A stretch of DNA of 64,000 nt, taken from Acidobacteriota bacterium. Lineage in GTDB: Bacteria > Acidobacteriota > UBA6911 > RPQK01 > JAJDTT01. This document shows positions 17,264 through 27,214 of this stretch, one piece after another. The position numbers were made by a program, and so were the translations under genes. How positions within the stretch are numbered: the first letter of the stretch is position 1; each line of letters begins with the position of its first letter. The notes beneath the pieces were generated by a model. It was not told the origin of the DNA. It saw only the letters and a program-made list of their open reading frames with translations, and made no database searches. The stretch spans positions 3,840,001 to 3,904,000 of the forward strand of contig OZ242374.1 of assembly GCA_965209055.1 (NCBI GenBank), written 5' to 3'.

Positions 17264-20104
17264 GTGATGGGAGTCCGCGTCTGGCCACTCTTTTCGCTGT
17301 TGGCTCTGGCCGCAGGCTGCGCCCTGGACTCGGCCCCCGTTTCGAACCGTCCGGCGAGCCAGCCTCCGGTCCCCGAAGCCACCTACCGCCTGACCTTCGG
17401 TCTGAAGGACGCTTCTCCGACGGCGTGGGACGGGCGCCTGGTTCTCTCCCCGGGACAACGGATTCAGGCGTTGCCTGACCTGCTCCGGGAGCACAACCTC
17501 GCGACCGGCGAGGACCCGCTCTTCCCCAACGACTACGTCCGGACCGGGTCCAGTTGGGTCGTGAGCTCGCGGAAAGCGTGGATGCGGGATCCGGAGGCCT
17601 TCCAACTCGAGTATCCCAGCGTCCTGGTCCAGGTCTGGGAGAACCCTTCCCAGGGACCGATCCGGATCGAGACCGTCCGGGGCGCCTTTTCCTTCGCCCC
17701 CCGGGAACTTCCCCCATTCTCGTCCGCCGAGTATCTGGACGGGGGTGTGCTGGTCGAGGCCGTGCCTTCACCCCTGGCCGTCGATTCCCGATACGCGGGA
17801 CAACAGGACCACCCGGCGATCCGGGCCTCCGGCTCGGGGGAACTCTGGCTGGCGTGGCAGGAGTACGAGAACGACTCCGATGCGGTCTGCGTCCGGAACC
17901 TTTCGGGGGATTCCTGGGGGCCGACGCAGGTGCTGGCAACGGAGTCCGACGTGTTCCAAACGGCGGTGGCCGAGGACGACTCCGGGCGGGTCTGGGTGGT
18001 CTGGTCCATGCAGGTGGACGGCAATTGGGATCTCTACGGCCGATCCCATGAGCGAGGCCGCTGGTCCGGATTGGAACGGCTCACCGAGGGAGCGGGTCCC
18101 GACACGCACCACTCCCTGGTCCGGGATGCCGCGGGACGCCTCTGGCTGATCTGGCGTTCCGTGCCGCAGGACCGGGCTCAAATCATGGCCCAAAGCCTGG
18201 AGAAGGGCCGGTGGTCGCCGCCCCGGCAGATCAGCACGGGGGATTCGGCCGCGGGCAACAACTGGTGGCCCGTGGCCTCGGCGGGACCCGACGGCACTCT
18301 GGCGGTGGTTTGGGACGGTTACGCCTCCGGCAGCTACGACGTCTATCTGCGGGTCTGGTCTTCGGGCCGGTGGATGCCGGTCCGGAGGGTGGCGGGAACC
18401 GCCCGATTCGAGGCCAACCCTTCGGTCACGGTGGGTCCCGAAGGCCGGATCTGGGTGGCTTGGCAGGAGTCGGGCGTGGAGTGGGGCAAGGACACGGGGC
18501 GGCTGTCCCGGGTGCAGGGGACACAGCTTCGCGAGTCCAGGGAGATCCGGATCGTCTGCCTGGACGGTGAGAAGCGGTTGGCCACGGAGGGGTCGCTCTC
18601 CACGATTTTCATCGGAGACCTCTGGGAGATGCCCCACCTGGAGACGGGGCCTTCCGGAGAACCCTGGCTGCTGGTCCGGAAACTGTATCTGCGCCAGCCC
18701 GACATCCGGGAAGTGAGAGGGAAGCTGGGACCCGTCTACTATCCCCGCTGGGACATTCATCTGACCCAATACCGGGCCGGCCAATGGAGTGCCCCCATGC
18801 GTCTGGCCCGCACCAGCGGCCGCAACGCCCTGATGCCCTCCGGCTCCAGGGCTCCGGATGGCGCGTTCTGGCTCACTTGGGCCACGGACCACCGGAACGC
18901 CAAGAGCTACATGCAGCAACACAACCAGGTCTTCCTGGCCAAGCTGCAGCCGCCGGAGTTGGAACAAGGCGTTTCCCTGGTTCCCGCCCCGTCGCCGGCG
19001 GAGGATCCTCCGGTCCCGCCCATCCATCCCGACGAAGAGGAGGAGTTGGACCGAATCCGCGCTTTCCGGGTAGAGCATCGCGGCAAGAACTACTCCATCT
19101 ACCGGGGAGATCTCCACCGCCACACCGAGATCTCGATTGACGGAGCGGCGGACGGCACCCTCCTGGATGCCTACCGGTATGCCGTGGATGCCGGTGGGTT
19201 GGATTTCCTGGGAGTGAGCGATCACACCCACCATGTTGACGAGCCCTACACCTGGTGGCGGAGCCAGAAGACCGCCGACCTCTTCCAACTGGAGGATTTT
19301 GTCTCGTTTTACGGCTACGAGCGGTCGCTCAGTTTCCCCAGCGGTCACCGGAACATCTTCTTCACCGAACGGGGGAAGCCCATCCATCCCATCCTGGGGC
19401 CTGAGGAGCGGGGCCAGGAGGGCGCCGAGCGGCTCTTCTGGTACCTCCGCCGCCACGGGGGAACCTCCATCCCTCACACCACCGGCAGGTCCAACGATTG
19501 GCGCGACAACGACCCCGAGGTGGAGACCCTGGTGGAGATCTACCAGGGTCTCCGGGACACCTATGAGCACGCCGGAGCGCCGCAGCCCGGAACCTTGAAG
19601 CCCCGGAACGCCGAGGAACGTCCCGGCTACGTCTGGAACGCTCTGGCCAAGGGCTACCGGTTGGGATTCATCGCCTCCTCGGACCACCACTCCACCCACA
19701 TGAGCTACGCCTGCCTGCTGGCCGAGGAACTGACCCTGGAGAGCCTGATGGAGGCGATCCGGAGCCGGCGGGCCTACGCCGCCACCGACAACATCATCCT
19801 GGACGTCCGTTTCGTCCACGCCGGCGGCGAGCATCTCATGGGCGAGGAGTTCGACGTATCGGGACCGCTGCGCCTGAAGGCCAGAGTGGTGGGGACCGAT
19901 CCGCTCCACCGCGTGGACATCATCCGGAATGAGGCCATCGTCTACCAGGTGTCTCCCGAGAAGGAGCAGGAGATCTCCTTCGAGTACGTGGACGCCGACA
20001 CGGGCGAAGGCGAGCACTACTACTACGTGCGGGTCCTGCAGCAGGACGGCATGGTGGCTTGGGGCTCTCCCGTCTGGGTGACCTACCAACCGTCCGAGCC
20101 ATGA
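17264..20104 (+). CDS. Large lipoprotein: beta-propeller region plus PHP-like (DUF3604/CehA-type) metallohydrolase domain
   Basis: Lipobox AAGC; GDLHRHT, LDFLGVSDH, GHRN, IPH, GFIASSDH. Confidence 0.75.
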   Translation: MMGVRVWPLFSLLALAAGCALDSAPVSNRPASQPPVPEATYRLTFGLKDASPTAWDGRLVLSPGQRIQALPDLLREHNLATGEDPLFPNDYVRTGSSWVVSSRKAWMRDPEAFQLEYPSVLVQVWENPSQGPIRIETVRGAFSFAPRELPPFSSAEYLDGGVLVEAVPSPLAVDSRYAGQQDHPAIRASGSGELWLAWQEYENDSDAVCVRNLSGDSWGPTQVLATESDVFQTAVAEDDSGRVWVVWSMQVDGNWDLYGRSHERGRWSGLERLTEGAGPDTHHSLVRDAAGRLWLIWRSVPQDRAQIMAQSLEKGRWSPPRQISTGDSAAGNNWWPVASAGPDGTLAVVWDGYASGSYDVYLRVWSSGRWMPVRRVAGTARFEANPSVTVGPEGRIWVAWQESGVEWGKDTGRLSRVQGTQLRESREIRIVCLDGEKRLATEGSLSTIFIGDLWEMPHLETGPSGEPWLLVRKLYLRQPDIREVRGKLGPVYYPRWDIHLTQYRAGQWSAPMRLARTSGRNALMPSGSRAPDGAFWLTWATDHRNAKSYMQQHNQVFLAKLQPPELEQGVSLVPAPSPAEDPPVPPIHPDEEEELDRIRAFRVEHRGKNYSIYRGDLHRHTEISIDGAADGTLLDAYRYAVDAGGLDFLGVSDHTHHVDEPYTWWRSQKTADLFQLEDFVSFYGYERSLSFPSGHRNIFFTERGKPIHPILGPEERGQEGAERLFWYLRRHGGTSIPHTTGRSNDWRDNDPEVETLVEIYQGLRDTYEHAGAPQPGTLKPRNAEERPGYVWNALAKGYRLGFIASSDHHSTHMSYACLLAEELTLESLMEAIRSRRAYAATDNIILDVRFVHAGGEHLMGEEFDVSGPLRLKARVVGTDPLHRVDIIRNEAIVYQVSPEKEQEISFEYVDADTGEGEHYYYVRVLQQDGMVAWGSPVWVTYQPSEP

Positions 20105-21504
20105 GCCATCTGCCGCAGCGTTTCCTTCCCCCGGTCCTCATCGGACTGCTGGTCTGGTTCGTGCCGCCGCCGGACGAGGTCCAGCTCCAGGCCTGGCGCC
20201 TCCTGGCCATCTTCCTGGCCACCATCGCGGGGATCCTGGCCAAGACTCTTCCCTTGGGCGCCATGGCGCTGCTGGGGGTCATCGCGTCCATGCTCACCGG
20301 CGTCCTGAAGCCGGACGAAGCGTTGGCCGGGTTCGGGTTCCCGGTGGTCTGGCTCATCGTGTCCGCCTTCTTCATCTCCCGGGGATTCCTGGTCACCGGC
20401 CTGGGACTGCGAATCGCGTACCTGTTCATGGCGGCGGTGGGAAAAAAAAGCCTGGGGCTGGCCTACAGCATGATCGGAGTCGATCTGGTCCTGGCCCCGG
20501 CCATCCCCAGCAACACAGCTCGTTGCGGCGGCGTCATCTGCCCCATCCTGCAATCCGTGGCCGTCTCCTTCGGGAGCCGGCCCGACGGCGCCAGCGCCCG
20601 CCGGCTGGGCGCGTTTCTGATCAAGACGTCCTATCAGGGCGGCGTCGTGGTGAGCGGCATGTTCCTGACCTCCATGGCGGGCAATCCCATGGCGGCCGGG
20701 CTGGCTGCGGGGATGGGAATCGAGATCGACTGGACCACGTGGTTCCTGGCCGCCCTGGTTCCCGGACTGCTGTGTCTCATGACAGGCCCCTGGATTCTCT
20801 ACCGGATCTATCCTCCCGAGATTACCGAGACGGCCGGAGCCGCCCGAATGGCAAAGCGGAAGCTGGAGGAGATGGGGCCGCTCAAGCCGTCCGAGCGGAT
20901 CATGCTGGGCACCTTCGCCCTCCTCCTGATCCTGTGGATCTTCGGCGGTAAACTCGGAATCAGCAGCGCGGTCGCGGCGCTGACCGGACTGGCCATCCTG
21001 CTCCTGACCGGGACGCTGCGATGGAAGGACATCCTGGGGGAAAGAGGAGCCTGGGACGCGCTCATCTGGTTCGGGGTCCTCATCAACCTGGCCAGTCACC
21101 TCAACTCCATGGGGCTGATCCCCTGGTTCGGAGATCAACTGGCCGCCGTACTGGGAGATGGGCACTGGATGAAGTCCTTCGTCCTCTTGAGCCTTCTCTA
21201 TTTCTACAGCCACTACCTGTTTGCGGGAAACACGACGCACATCAGCTCCATGTACGCTCCCTTCCTGGCGGTGGCCATTGCGGTGGGAACCCCGCCCCTG
21301 CTGGCGGCTCTGGTATTGGGCTATTTCAGCAACCTGTTCAGCGGCATGACGCATTACGGCACCGGCCCCGCTCCGGTCTTCTTCGGGACAGGCTACGTGG
21401 AGATGGGCGACTGGTGGAAGCTGGGCGGCCTCCTCAGCGTGGTGAACATCCTCATCTACTTCGTCGCCGGCGGGCTGTGGTGGAAGGTGCTGGGGATCTG
21501 GTAG
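20101..21504 (+). CDS. DASS-family (CitT/TtdT-like) anion transporter
   Basis: TGLGLRIAY, PAIPSNTARCGG, MFLTSMAGNP, THYGTGPAPVFFG. Confidence 0.92.
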   Translation: MSHLPQRFLPPVLIGLLVWFVPPPDEVQLQAWRLLAIFLATIAGILAKTLPLGAMALLGVIASMLTGVLKPDEALAGFGFPVVWLIVSAFFISRGFLVTGLGLRIAYLFMAAVGKKSLGLAYSMIGVDLVLAPAIPSNTARCGGVICPILQSVAVSFGSRPDGASARRLGAFLIKTSYQGGVVVSGMFLTSMAGNPMAAGLAAGMGIEIDWTTWFLAALVPGLLCLMTGPWILYRIYPPEITETAGAARMAKRKLEEMGPLKPSERIMLGTFALLLILWIFGGKLGISSAVAALTGLAILLLTGTLRWKDILGERGAWDALIWFGVLINLASHLNSMGLIPWFGDQLAAVLGDGHWMKSFVLLSLLYFYSHYLFAGNTTHISSMYAPFLAVAIAVGTPPLLAALVLGYFSNLFSGMTHYGTGPAPVFFGTGYVEMGDWWKLGGLLSVVNILIYFVAGGLWWKVLGIW

Positions 21505-21543
21505 ACGGGATCGGCGAAGCGATTCGTCTCCCAAGGTCCGATC

Positions 21544-22914
21544 ATGAACGACATGCGAGATTTGTTGCAGGAGACGGCCGAGCGCGCCGCGAAGTTCCTC
21601 GAATCACTCCCCGAACGCCGGGTCTCGGCGCTACGAAACGCGGAAGAGCTCGTGGCGGATCTCGGAGGCGAGTTGCCCCAAAAGGGACTTCCGGCATCGG
21701 AAATCGTGGAGCGGCTCGACGTGATCGGCGTGCAGGGTGTGGTGGCGAGCGCCGGACCTCGCTACTTCGGCTTCGTCACAGGCGGCGCGCTGCCGGCGTC
21801 GCTGGCCGCGAATTGGCTCGCGGCGGCGTGGGATCAGAACGCCTTCAGCGAGGCCGGCTCGCCGGCCGGTGCCGCCATCGAGCAGGTCGCGATGCGCTGG
21901 GTGCTCGAAGCGCTGGAATTGCCGGCGGACGCAGGGGCCGCGTTCGTCACCGGAGCGACCATGGCCAACTTCACCGCACTCGCTGCGGCCCGGCGCGCGG
22001 TCCTGCTCGCGCACGGTCACGATGTTGACCGGCATGGACTCCACGGGGCGCCGGAGATCACGGTGGTCGTGGGCGAGCAAGCCCATGCCACTCTGTTCAA
22101 GGCGCTCGGCATGCTGGGTCTCGGACGCGACCGGGTGTGCCGCGTGCCCGTCGACGCCCAGGGCCGGATGAAAGTTGGTTCGGTTCCCGATCTCGACGGG
22201 CCGGCGATCGTCTGCACTCAGGCCGGGAACGTGAACAGCGGCGCGTTCGACCCGGTGGGCGAGGTGTGCGACGCGGTGGGAGGCAGGGACGCCTGGGTCC
22301 ATGTGGACGGCGCCTTCGGCTTGTGGGCGCGAGTATCGAGACGGCTCGGTGCCTTGTCCGGCGGCATCGAACGTGCCGATTCGTGGGCGACCGACGCCCA
22401 CAAGTGGCTGAACGTGCCCTACGACAGCGGTCTTGCCATCGTCCGTGATGCGGGTGCCCTGCGCGCGACGATGTCCGTGGATGCCGATTATCTCCCCGGC
22501 CGGATCAGCCGCGATCCGTTCGAGTTCACGCCGGAAACGAGCCGCCGGATGCGCGGGGTCGAGATCTGGGCCGCATTGCTCGCGCTCGGCCGGGACGGAA
22601 TCGAGGAATTGGTGGATCGCAACTGCCTCCAGGCGCGGCGGTTCGCGGCCGGACTCCTCGATGCGGGTTGGGAGATTCTCAATGATGTGGTTCTCAATCA
22701 GGTACTCGTCGCGTTCGGCGACGATCGCATCACGACTGACGTCATAAGGGGCGTGCAGCGTGAGGGAACCTGCTGGTGCGGGAAAACGAACTGGAACGGC
22801 CGGGCCGCGATGCGCATCAGTGTCTCGTCGTGGGCGACGACCGACAAAGACGTGGAGCGAAGTCTGGCTGCGATTCTGCGTGTCGCCGATGACATGGCGC
22901 GCCCGCGTGTCTGA
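21544..22914 (+). CDS. Group II PLP-dependent decarboxylase
   Basis: PRYFGFVTGG, WVHVDGAFG, ADSWATDAHKWLNVPYDSG. Confidence 0.92.
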   Translation: MNDMRDLLQETAERAAKFLESLPERRVSALRNAEELVADLGGELPQKGLPASEIVERLDVIGVQGVVASAGPRYFGFVTGGALPASLAANWLAAAWDQNAFSEAGSPAGAAIEQVAMRWVLEALELPADAGAAFVTGATMANFTALAAARRAVLLAHGHDVDRHGLHGAPEITVVVGEQAHATLFKALGMLGLGRDRVCRVPVDAQGRMKVGSVPDLDGPAIVCTQAGNVNSGAFDPVGEVCDAVGGRDAWVHVDGAFGLWARVSRRLGALSGGIERADSWATDAHKWLNVPYDSGLAIVRDAGALRATMSVDADYLPGRISRDPFEFTPETSRRMRGVEIWAALLALGRDGIEELVDRNCLQARRFAAGLLDAGWEILNDVVLNQVLVAFGDDRITTDVIRGVQREGTCWCGKTNWNGRAAMRISVSSWATTDKDVERSLAAILRVADDMARPRV

Positions 22915-22941
22915 CTCTGTGAATCGAGTGACAATCCGGTT

Positions 22942-24357
22942 TCAACGGGTTTGGCGGGCCCTGTTTCCGTTCTCCGGCACGTCAATGACAAGCAGCGTCA
23001 GGTCGTCGTCCAGAGCGAGCCGCGGTTTGCGAGTCCATCCGATCAGTTGGCGAAGGGTGTAGTCGGCGAATTCATCCGTCGTGGTGTCGGAACGCTCCAC
23101 GAGCATCTTGAGCAGACGTTCTGATGTGAATTCCTCGCCGTCGGGCGCGGCCGCCTCCGTGACGCCGTCGCTGTAGATGACGATGCGGTCGCCGGGAGCC
23201 AGAGGGATCGTTGCGGTCTCGTAACTCTGGACGGGCAGGACTCCCAGCGCGATACCGTTGATGTCGACCTCGTTGCCGGACCTCCGCGTGGGCGAATAGA
23301 TCAGTGGTGGCGGGTGGCCGGCGCTCGCGACACGCAGTTCGTTTGCCTCCAGGTCGATATAGGCGTAGGTGACGGTTACGAAGTGGAGGTCCGTCTGATC
23401 GTAGAGGGCATCGTTCATCCCGGCCAGGACCCGGGAGGGTTCCGCCACGGCATGAGACTGTGACGCCGACGCAGTCTTTACCATGGTGGCGATGAGGGCG
23501 GCCGGAATGCCGTGTCCGGTGACGTCGGCGACCATGACGCCGAACCGGTGATCGTCGATGGGGATGAAGTCGTAGAAGTCGCCGCCCACGGCGTCCATGG
23601 GGATGTAACGCACGCTCAGCTTCTCGGGTTCGATGCTCGGCCCTTGCCGGGGAAGGAGGGAGTGTTGAATCTGCCGTGCGGTATTGAGTTCCGACTCGAT
23701 GGTGGCGAGCCGCTTTTCGTTGTTGAGGGCGCGGTGCAGCAACGCGTAGCAGATGGCGGCGGCGAGCACGAAATTTCCGATGGGACCGAACAATATGGTC
23801 CACGGGAGCAGTTCGAGCCGCGCGAACACGTCGTGGAGGATGATGACGGAGGCAATGACCATGGCAATGTAGGCGGGGGCGGTTTCCCGTTCGTATCGGA
23901 TGTGGCCGGTGAAGTAGTTGGCGATGGTGGTCAGGATGTAGATGAGGAGCAGGTTGACGTGGACCGGGAGCATCGAGCCCGGCGCGCCGTTGTACAGGTC
24001 GACCGTCATCGCAACGATCACGAAAATGATGTGGAACTGCCAGATCCGGCGAAAGCAATTGAAGACGCCTTTGGTCCTCCAGAACACTTCAACGAAGAAC
24101 CATGCGGCGATTCCCTGGCTGTAGTAGGCCCCGAAGGTGATGTAGTCCCAAACGGCAGGGGGGATTGGGGTTGCGCTTCGGATGGCCTCGACCGGGCCCA
24201 GAATCCGGATTCCGTAGAGCAGCCAGCAGACGGCGAAAGCGGGTAGCTCGATTCCGCTCCGTGAACGTACGGACCCCCAGAGGAGGAACACGGCGAGGCC
24301 GTTGAATACCAGGATGGATCCGACCGCGATGTCCAGAACTTGCGGGTCTGTCGTCAT
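22942..24357 (-). CDS. Membrane-bound PP2C/SpoIIE (RsbU-like) phosphatase
   Basis: Multiple TM helices followed by ARQIQ, VGGDFYD, ADVTGHG, SAGHPP, YSDGVTEA, DDDLT. Confidence 0.92.
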   Translation of the reverse strand: MTTDPQVLDIAVGSILVFNGLAVFLLWGSVRSRSGIELPAFAVCWLLYGIRILGPVEAIRSATPIPPAVWDYITFGAYYSQGIAAWFFVEVFWRTKGVFNCFRRIWQFHIIFVIVAMTVDLYNGAPGSMLPVHVNLLLIYILTTIANYFTGHIRYERETAPAYIAMVIASVIILHDVFARLELLPWTILFGPIGNFVLAAAICYALLHRALNNEKRLATIESELNTARQIQHSLLPRQGPSIEPEKLSVRYIPMDAVGGDFYDFIPIDDHRFGVMVADVTGHGIPAALIATMVKTASASQSHAVAEPSRVLAGMNDALYDQTDLHFVTVTYAYIDLEANELRVASAGHPPPLIYSPTRRSGNEVDINGIALGVLPVQSYETATIPLAPGDRIVIYSDGVTEAAAPDGEEFTSERLLKMLVERSDTTTDEFADYTLRQLIGWTRKPRLALDDDLTLLVIDVPENGNRARQTR

Positions 24358-24436
24358 GGGGAGAATTTGAGTCGCTTGGACCTCGCTTTTGGCGCGTGCA
24401 TCGTAACTATATCTGGCGCTTGGGATGTCTCCAAAC

Positions 24437-24583
24437 CAGGAGGGGGCAGTCTTGTCCCGTCGTGAGGCGGCAGTAGGAAAACCTCGCGTTTCCAAGAAAT
24501 AGGAGGGACGATTTCCAATCGTCCGGTCTTCGACGCCAAGTTTGTCACTCCGGGATTCGGCGGTTAGGAAACCGCCGCTCCTA
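24437..24583. repeat. REP-like palindrome cluster (REPIN-like)
   Basis: AGGAGGGGGCAGTCTTGTCCC; TAGGAGGGACGATTTCCAATCGTCC...GGCGGTTAGGAAACCGCCGCTCCTA. Matches 38494-38570 (inverted) and 63890-63922 (inverted). Confidence 0.75.
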
Positions 24584-24601
24584 GAAAAATGGAGGTTGAA
24601 G

Positions 24602-27118
24602 TCAGTCGGTTTCGGCTGAGGAGAACAAAGTCACGTGGCCGTTGGTTTGTCCCACCGCGAACACCTGGATTCGGTTCGGCCCGTCCCGGAGAGAAGACTC
24701 GGGGACGATCGCCTGGAAACGACGGTCGCCCCTTCGTCCTTCGAATGTAGCAGCAACGGCTCGGACGGTTCCGTTCACGGCCACTGCCAGAATCTCCGCG
24801 TACTTCGTCGAGACCCGTCCTTCGACGGCGGCCGGAATGAAGTCGGAGTCCAGTCGCCGCCTCAGCCTTGAAAGAAAGCCTGGCTTGTCCAACTCGATCC
24901 GGAGGTCCGGAGCCGGTCGTACCGTTAGTTGATCCAGCCGTTTCCCGATCAGGGCACGGAATGGCTCGGGCTGGAACAATCCGTCTTCGCCTGCGTCCCA
25001 AGCCCGCTCCCGGAGACCGATTTCGAAGTCACTGGGCTTGGAGGCCGCCATGAGCGACTCGGATGTGAGCGGCCGTGTGATCAGAAAGGATCGTTGCTCG
25101 TTCTGATCCAGGGAGCAGATCTGGCCGGCGTCGGCGGTCTTGGGTTTATCGAAACTCTCGTCCGATTCGGTGGGCCAGGGGAAACTCGCCGGATATTGGG
25201 CCTCGCGGATTCGGTCCCCGAAAGACGCAAAGCAACGCACCGAGGGATCCCCTTGGAGGAGTTCCCGGTCCAACTCGATCAAGAACCCCGAATTCTCCAA
25301 TTCCGCGGCCTCGAAGGACTCGACCACGTCCGGGCGCGGGCGCCGAGCCATTCCCCGATAGACCAGTTCGCCGTTGGCGAACACGAGTATGGAGTCGGCC
25401 GGCGCCAGGGTTTCCATGTCTGCCGCCCAGCCGAAAAACACGATCCTGTTGCCGCTCTCGTTCACCTCATCCAGATGAACGCGGGATCTACGCTGGGTCA
25501 CGTCGAACGACCGCCCTTGGAGGCATATCGTCGTTTGAGAACGCAGAAACTGATACGGACGAGCGATGTTCAGAGCGGTGGAAGCCAGATCCCGGTTTTC
25601 CGGGGGCTCGGTTTCCATGACCGGGATTCCGTCTGTGGGCCATGGCGCCGGAACCCCGAGGATGCCGGCAATGGTGGGGAGGACATCCGTGGTTCGTGTC
25701 GGGCGATCCGACGCCCGGCCCTGTTTTTGGTGGGGAGCCTTGATCAACAGTGGCACGTTCAGGATGTTCTTGAAGTTGGCGTCGGTCATGGCTCGCCTGG
25801 ACCCGCCGGGCCGAAAGCTGACGCCGTGATCCGATGAGACGACAATCAGGCTCCGATCGTAGAGATCGTGTGATTTCAACTTCTTGAGCAGGCGGCCCAG
25901 GAGCCGGTCGGCGAATCCCACCTGCAGCAGGTGACGCTGGTACGCCAGGGTCACCAGGGCTTCATCCCGGGTCCAGAGGCCCCGCTTCCCGAAGAGGCTG
26001 ATGTCCCCACCGGACAGATAGCGTTTTCCCGAGGGGAGATAGACCCAGGGCAGGTGGGGGATCTGAACGTGAATGAAATGCAATCCGGGCTCCTCCGGTC
26101 CCGGAATCGACTCCAGGAATGACTCGAATTGCCGGGCCGGATGACCCAACTGCCAAGTCCATCCGTATCGGATGTCAGGCAGGCGGTATGTCAGATCCTC
26201 GGGCAGGACGAGATGAAGATAGATCAGGGAAACATCCACCAGCAGACGAATCAGGCTCTGCACGAGGGAGCTCGCGCGCGCCTGAGACGCCGGGCAGAGA
26301 TGCGTCGTGGATTCGAAGACGTGGAGCCGGTGGGAATTCCGGAGCCAGGTGAAGAGATTGTCCGGATAGTCGGCCCGCGTGGGGCGTGCCGTCCGGTCCG
26401 GTTCCGGGAGATTCCCGGTCAGCATGGCCGCGACGGCGTATTGGGTGGAAGGGGAAACCGTCGCCGCATTCCGGAACCAGGCGGCGTCTTCGGCCAGACC
26501 GGCAAAATTGGGAAAACGCAAGGGGTCGATGCCACCCCGGCGGTCTAGGAGAGACTGAAGAGGGAGTTCGTCGAAGACCAACATGACGATGGGCGTCTGC
26601 GTCCGACCGCTATCCAATGCGACGCCTTGCGGCGCGTCCGGATTGAGAACGCTCTGAACCGAGGGATTAGCCAGAAAGAGCGCCGGAACGATGAGCAGGG
26701 CCGGCGACAGGAGGGTCAGATACCGGCGCGCAGTTGACGAGCGGTCGTAGACGATTGCCGCCGACCCCGCCAGCAGGCCTACTGCGCCGGAGAGGAGTAT
26801 TCCCGCATCCGGCATGAGGGTCTTCAGGACCAGCAGGCCGAAAAGAACAACAAGGATCCCGATGCCGGCGCCGTAAAACCAACGCTTCGCGCCGATGGCC
26901 CATCCCGCCAGACAGGTCCCCGCAACCACCAGTCCCGGAACGGCGAGGACCAGGAAGAAGATCAGAAACGACGCTTCCAGGACTCCCACCTGACGCGAGA
27001 CCAGGTACTCAGTCTGGCGGGAGAGCAGATCCAGAACCGGCTGTGCCACCGACAAGCTGGAGAGAGTCCCGATGTGCAGGGCGTATTTCCAAACTCGGTT
27101 CTCTCTCGTGGCCGGCAT
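24602..27118 (-). CDS. Membrane-anchored sulfatase/alkaline-phosphatase-superfamily protein
   Basis: N-terminal TMs; MLVFDEL, ATVSPSTQ, HVQIPHLPW, IVVSSDHG, VPLLIKAP, DVLPTI. Confidence 0.8.
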   Translation of the reverse strand: MPATRENRVWKYALHIGTLSSLSVAQPVLDLLSRQTEYLVSRQVGVLEASFLIFFLVLAVPGLVVAGTCLAGWAIGAKRWFYGAGIGILVVLFGLLVLKTLMPDAGILLSGAVGLLAGSAAIVYDRSSTARRYLTLLSPALLIVPALFLANPSVQSVLNPDAPQGVALDSGRTQTPIVMLVFDELPLQSLLDRRGGIDPLRFPNFAGLAEDAAWFRNAATVSPSTQYAVAAMLTGNLPEPDRTARPTRADYPDNLFTWLRNSHRLHVFESTTHLCPASQARASSLVQSLIRLLVDVSLIYLHLVLPEDLTYRLPDIRYGWTWQLGHPARQFESFLESIPGPEEPGLHFIHVQIPHLPWVYLPSGKRYLSGGDISLFGKRGLWTRDEALVTLAYQRHLLQVGFADRLLGRLLKKLKSHDLYDRSLIVVSSDHGVSFRPGGSRRAMTDANFKNILNVPLLIKAPHQKQGRASDRPTRTTDVLPTIAGILGVPAPWPTDGIPVMETEPPENRDLASTALNIARPYQFLRSQTTICLQGRSFDVTQRRSRVHLDEVNESGNRIVFFGWAADMETLAPADSILVFANGELVYRGMARRPRPDVVESFEAAELENSGFLIELDRELLQGDPSVRCFASFGDRIREAQYPASFPWPTESDESFDKPKTADAGQICSLDQNEQRSFLITRPLTSESLMAASKPSDFEIGLRERAWDAGEDGLFQPEPFRALIGKRLDQLTVRPAPDLRIELDKPGFLSRLRRRLDSDFIPAAVEGRVSTKYAEILAVAVNGTVRAVAATFEGRRGDRRFQAIVPESSLRDGPNRIQVFAVGQTNGHVTLFSSAETD

Positions 27119-27214
27119 GTCTTATCGAATGGTGTGCCCGCGCTGGCCTGGGGCGCCCCACAAGGGGCACCCCCACTATACGGTTTGCGGCGAACGCCCG
27201 AGCGCCATTCGGCC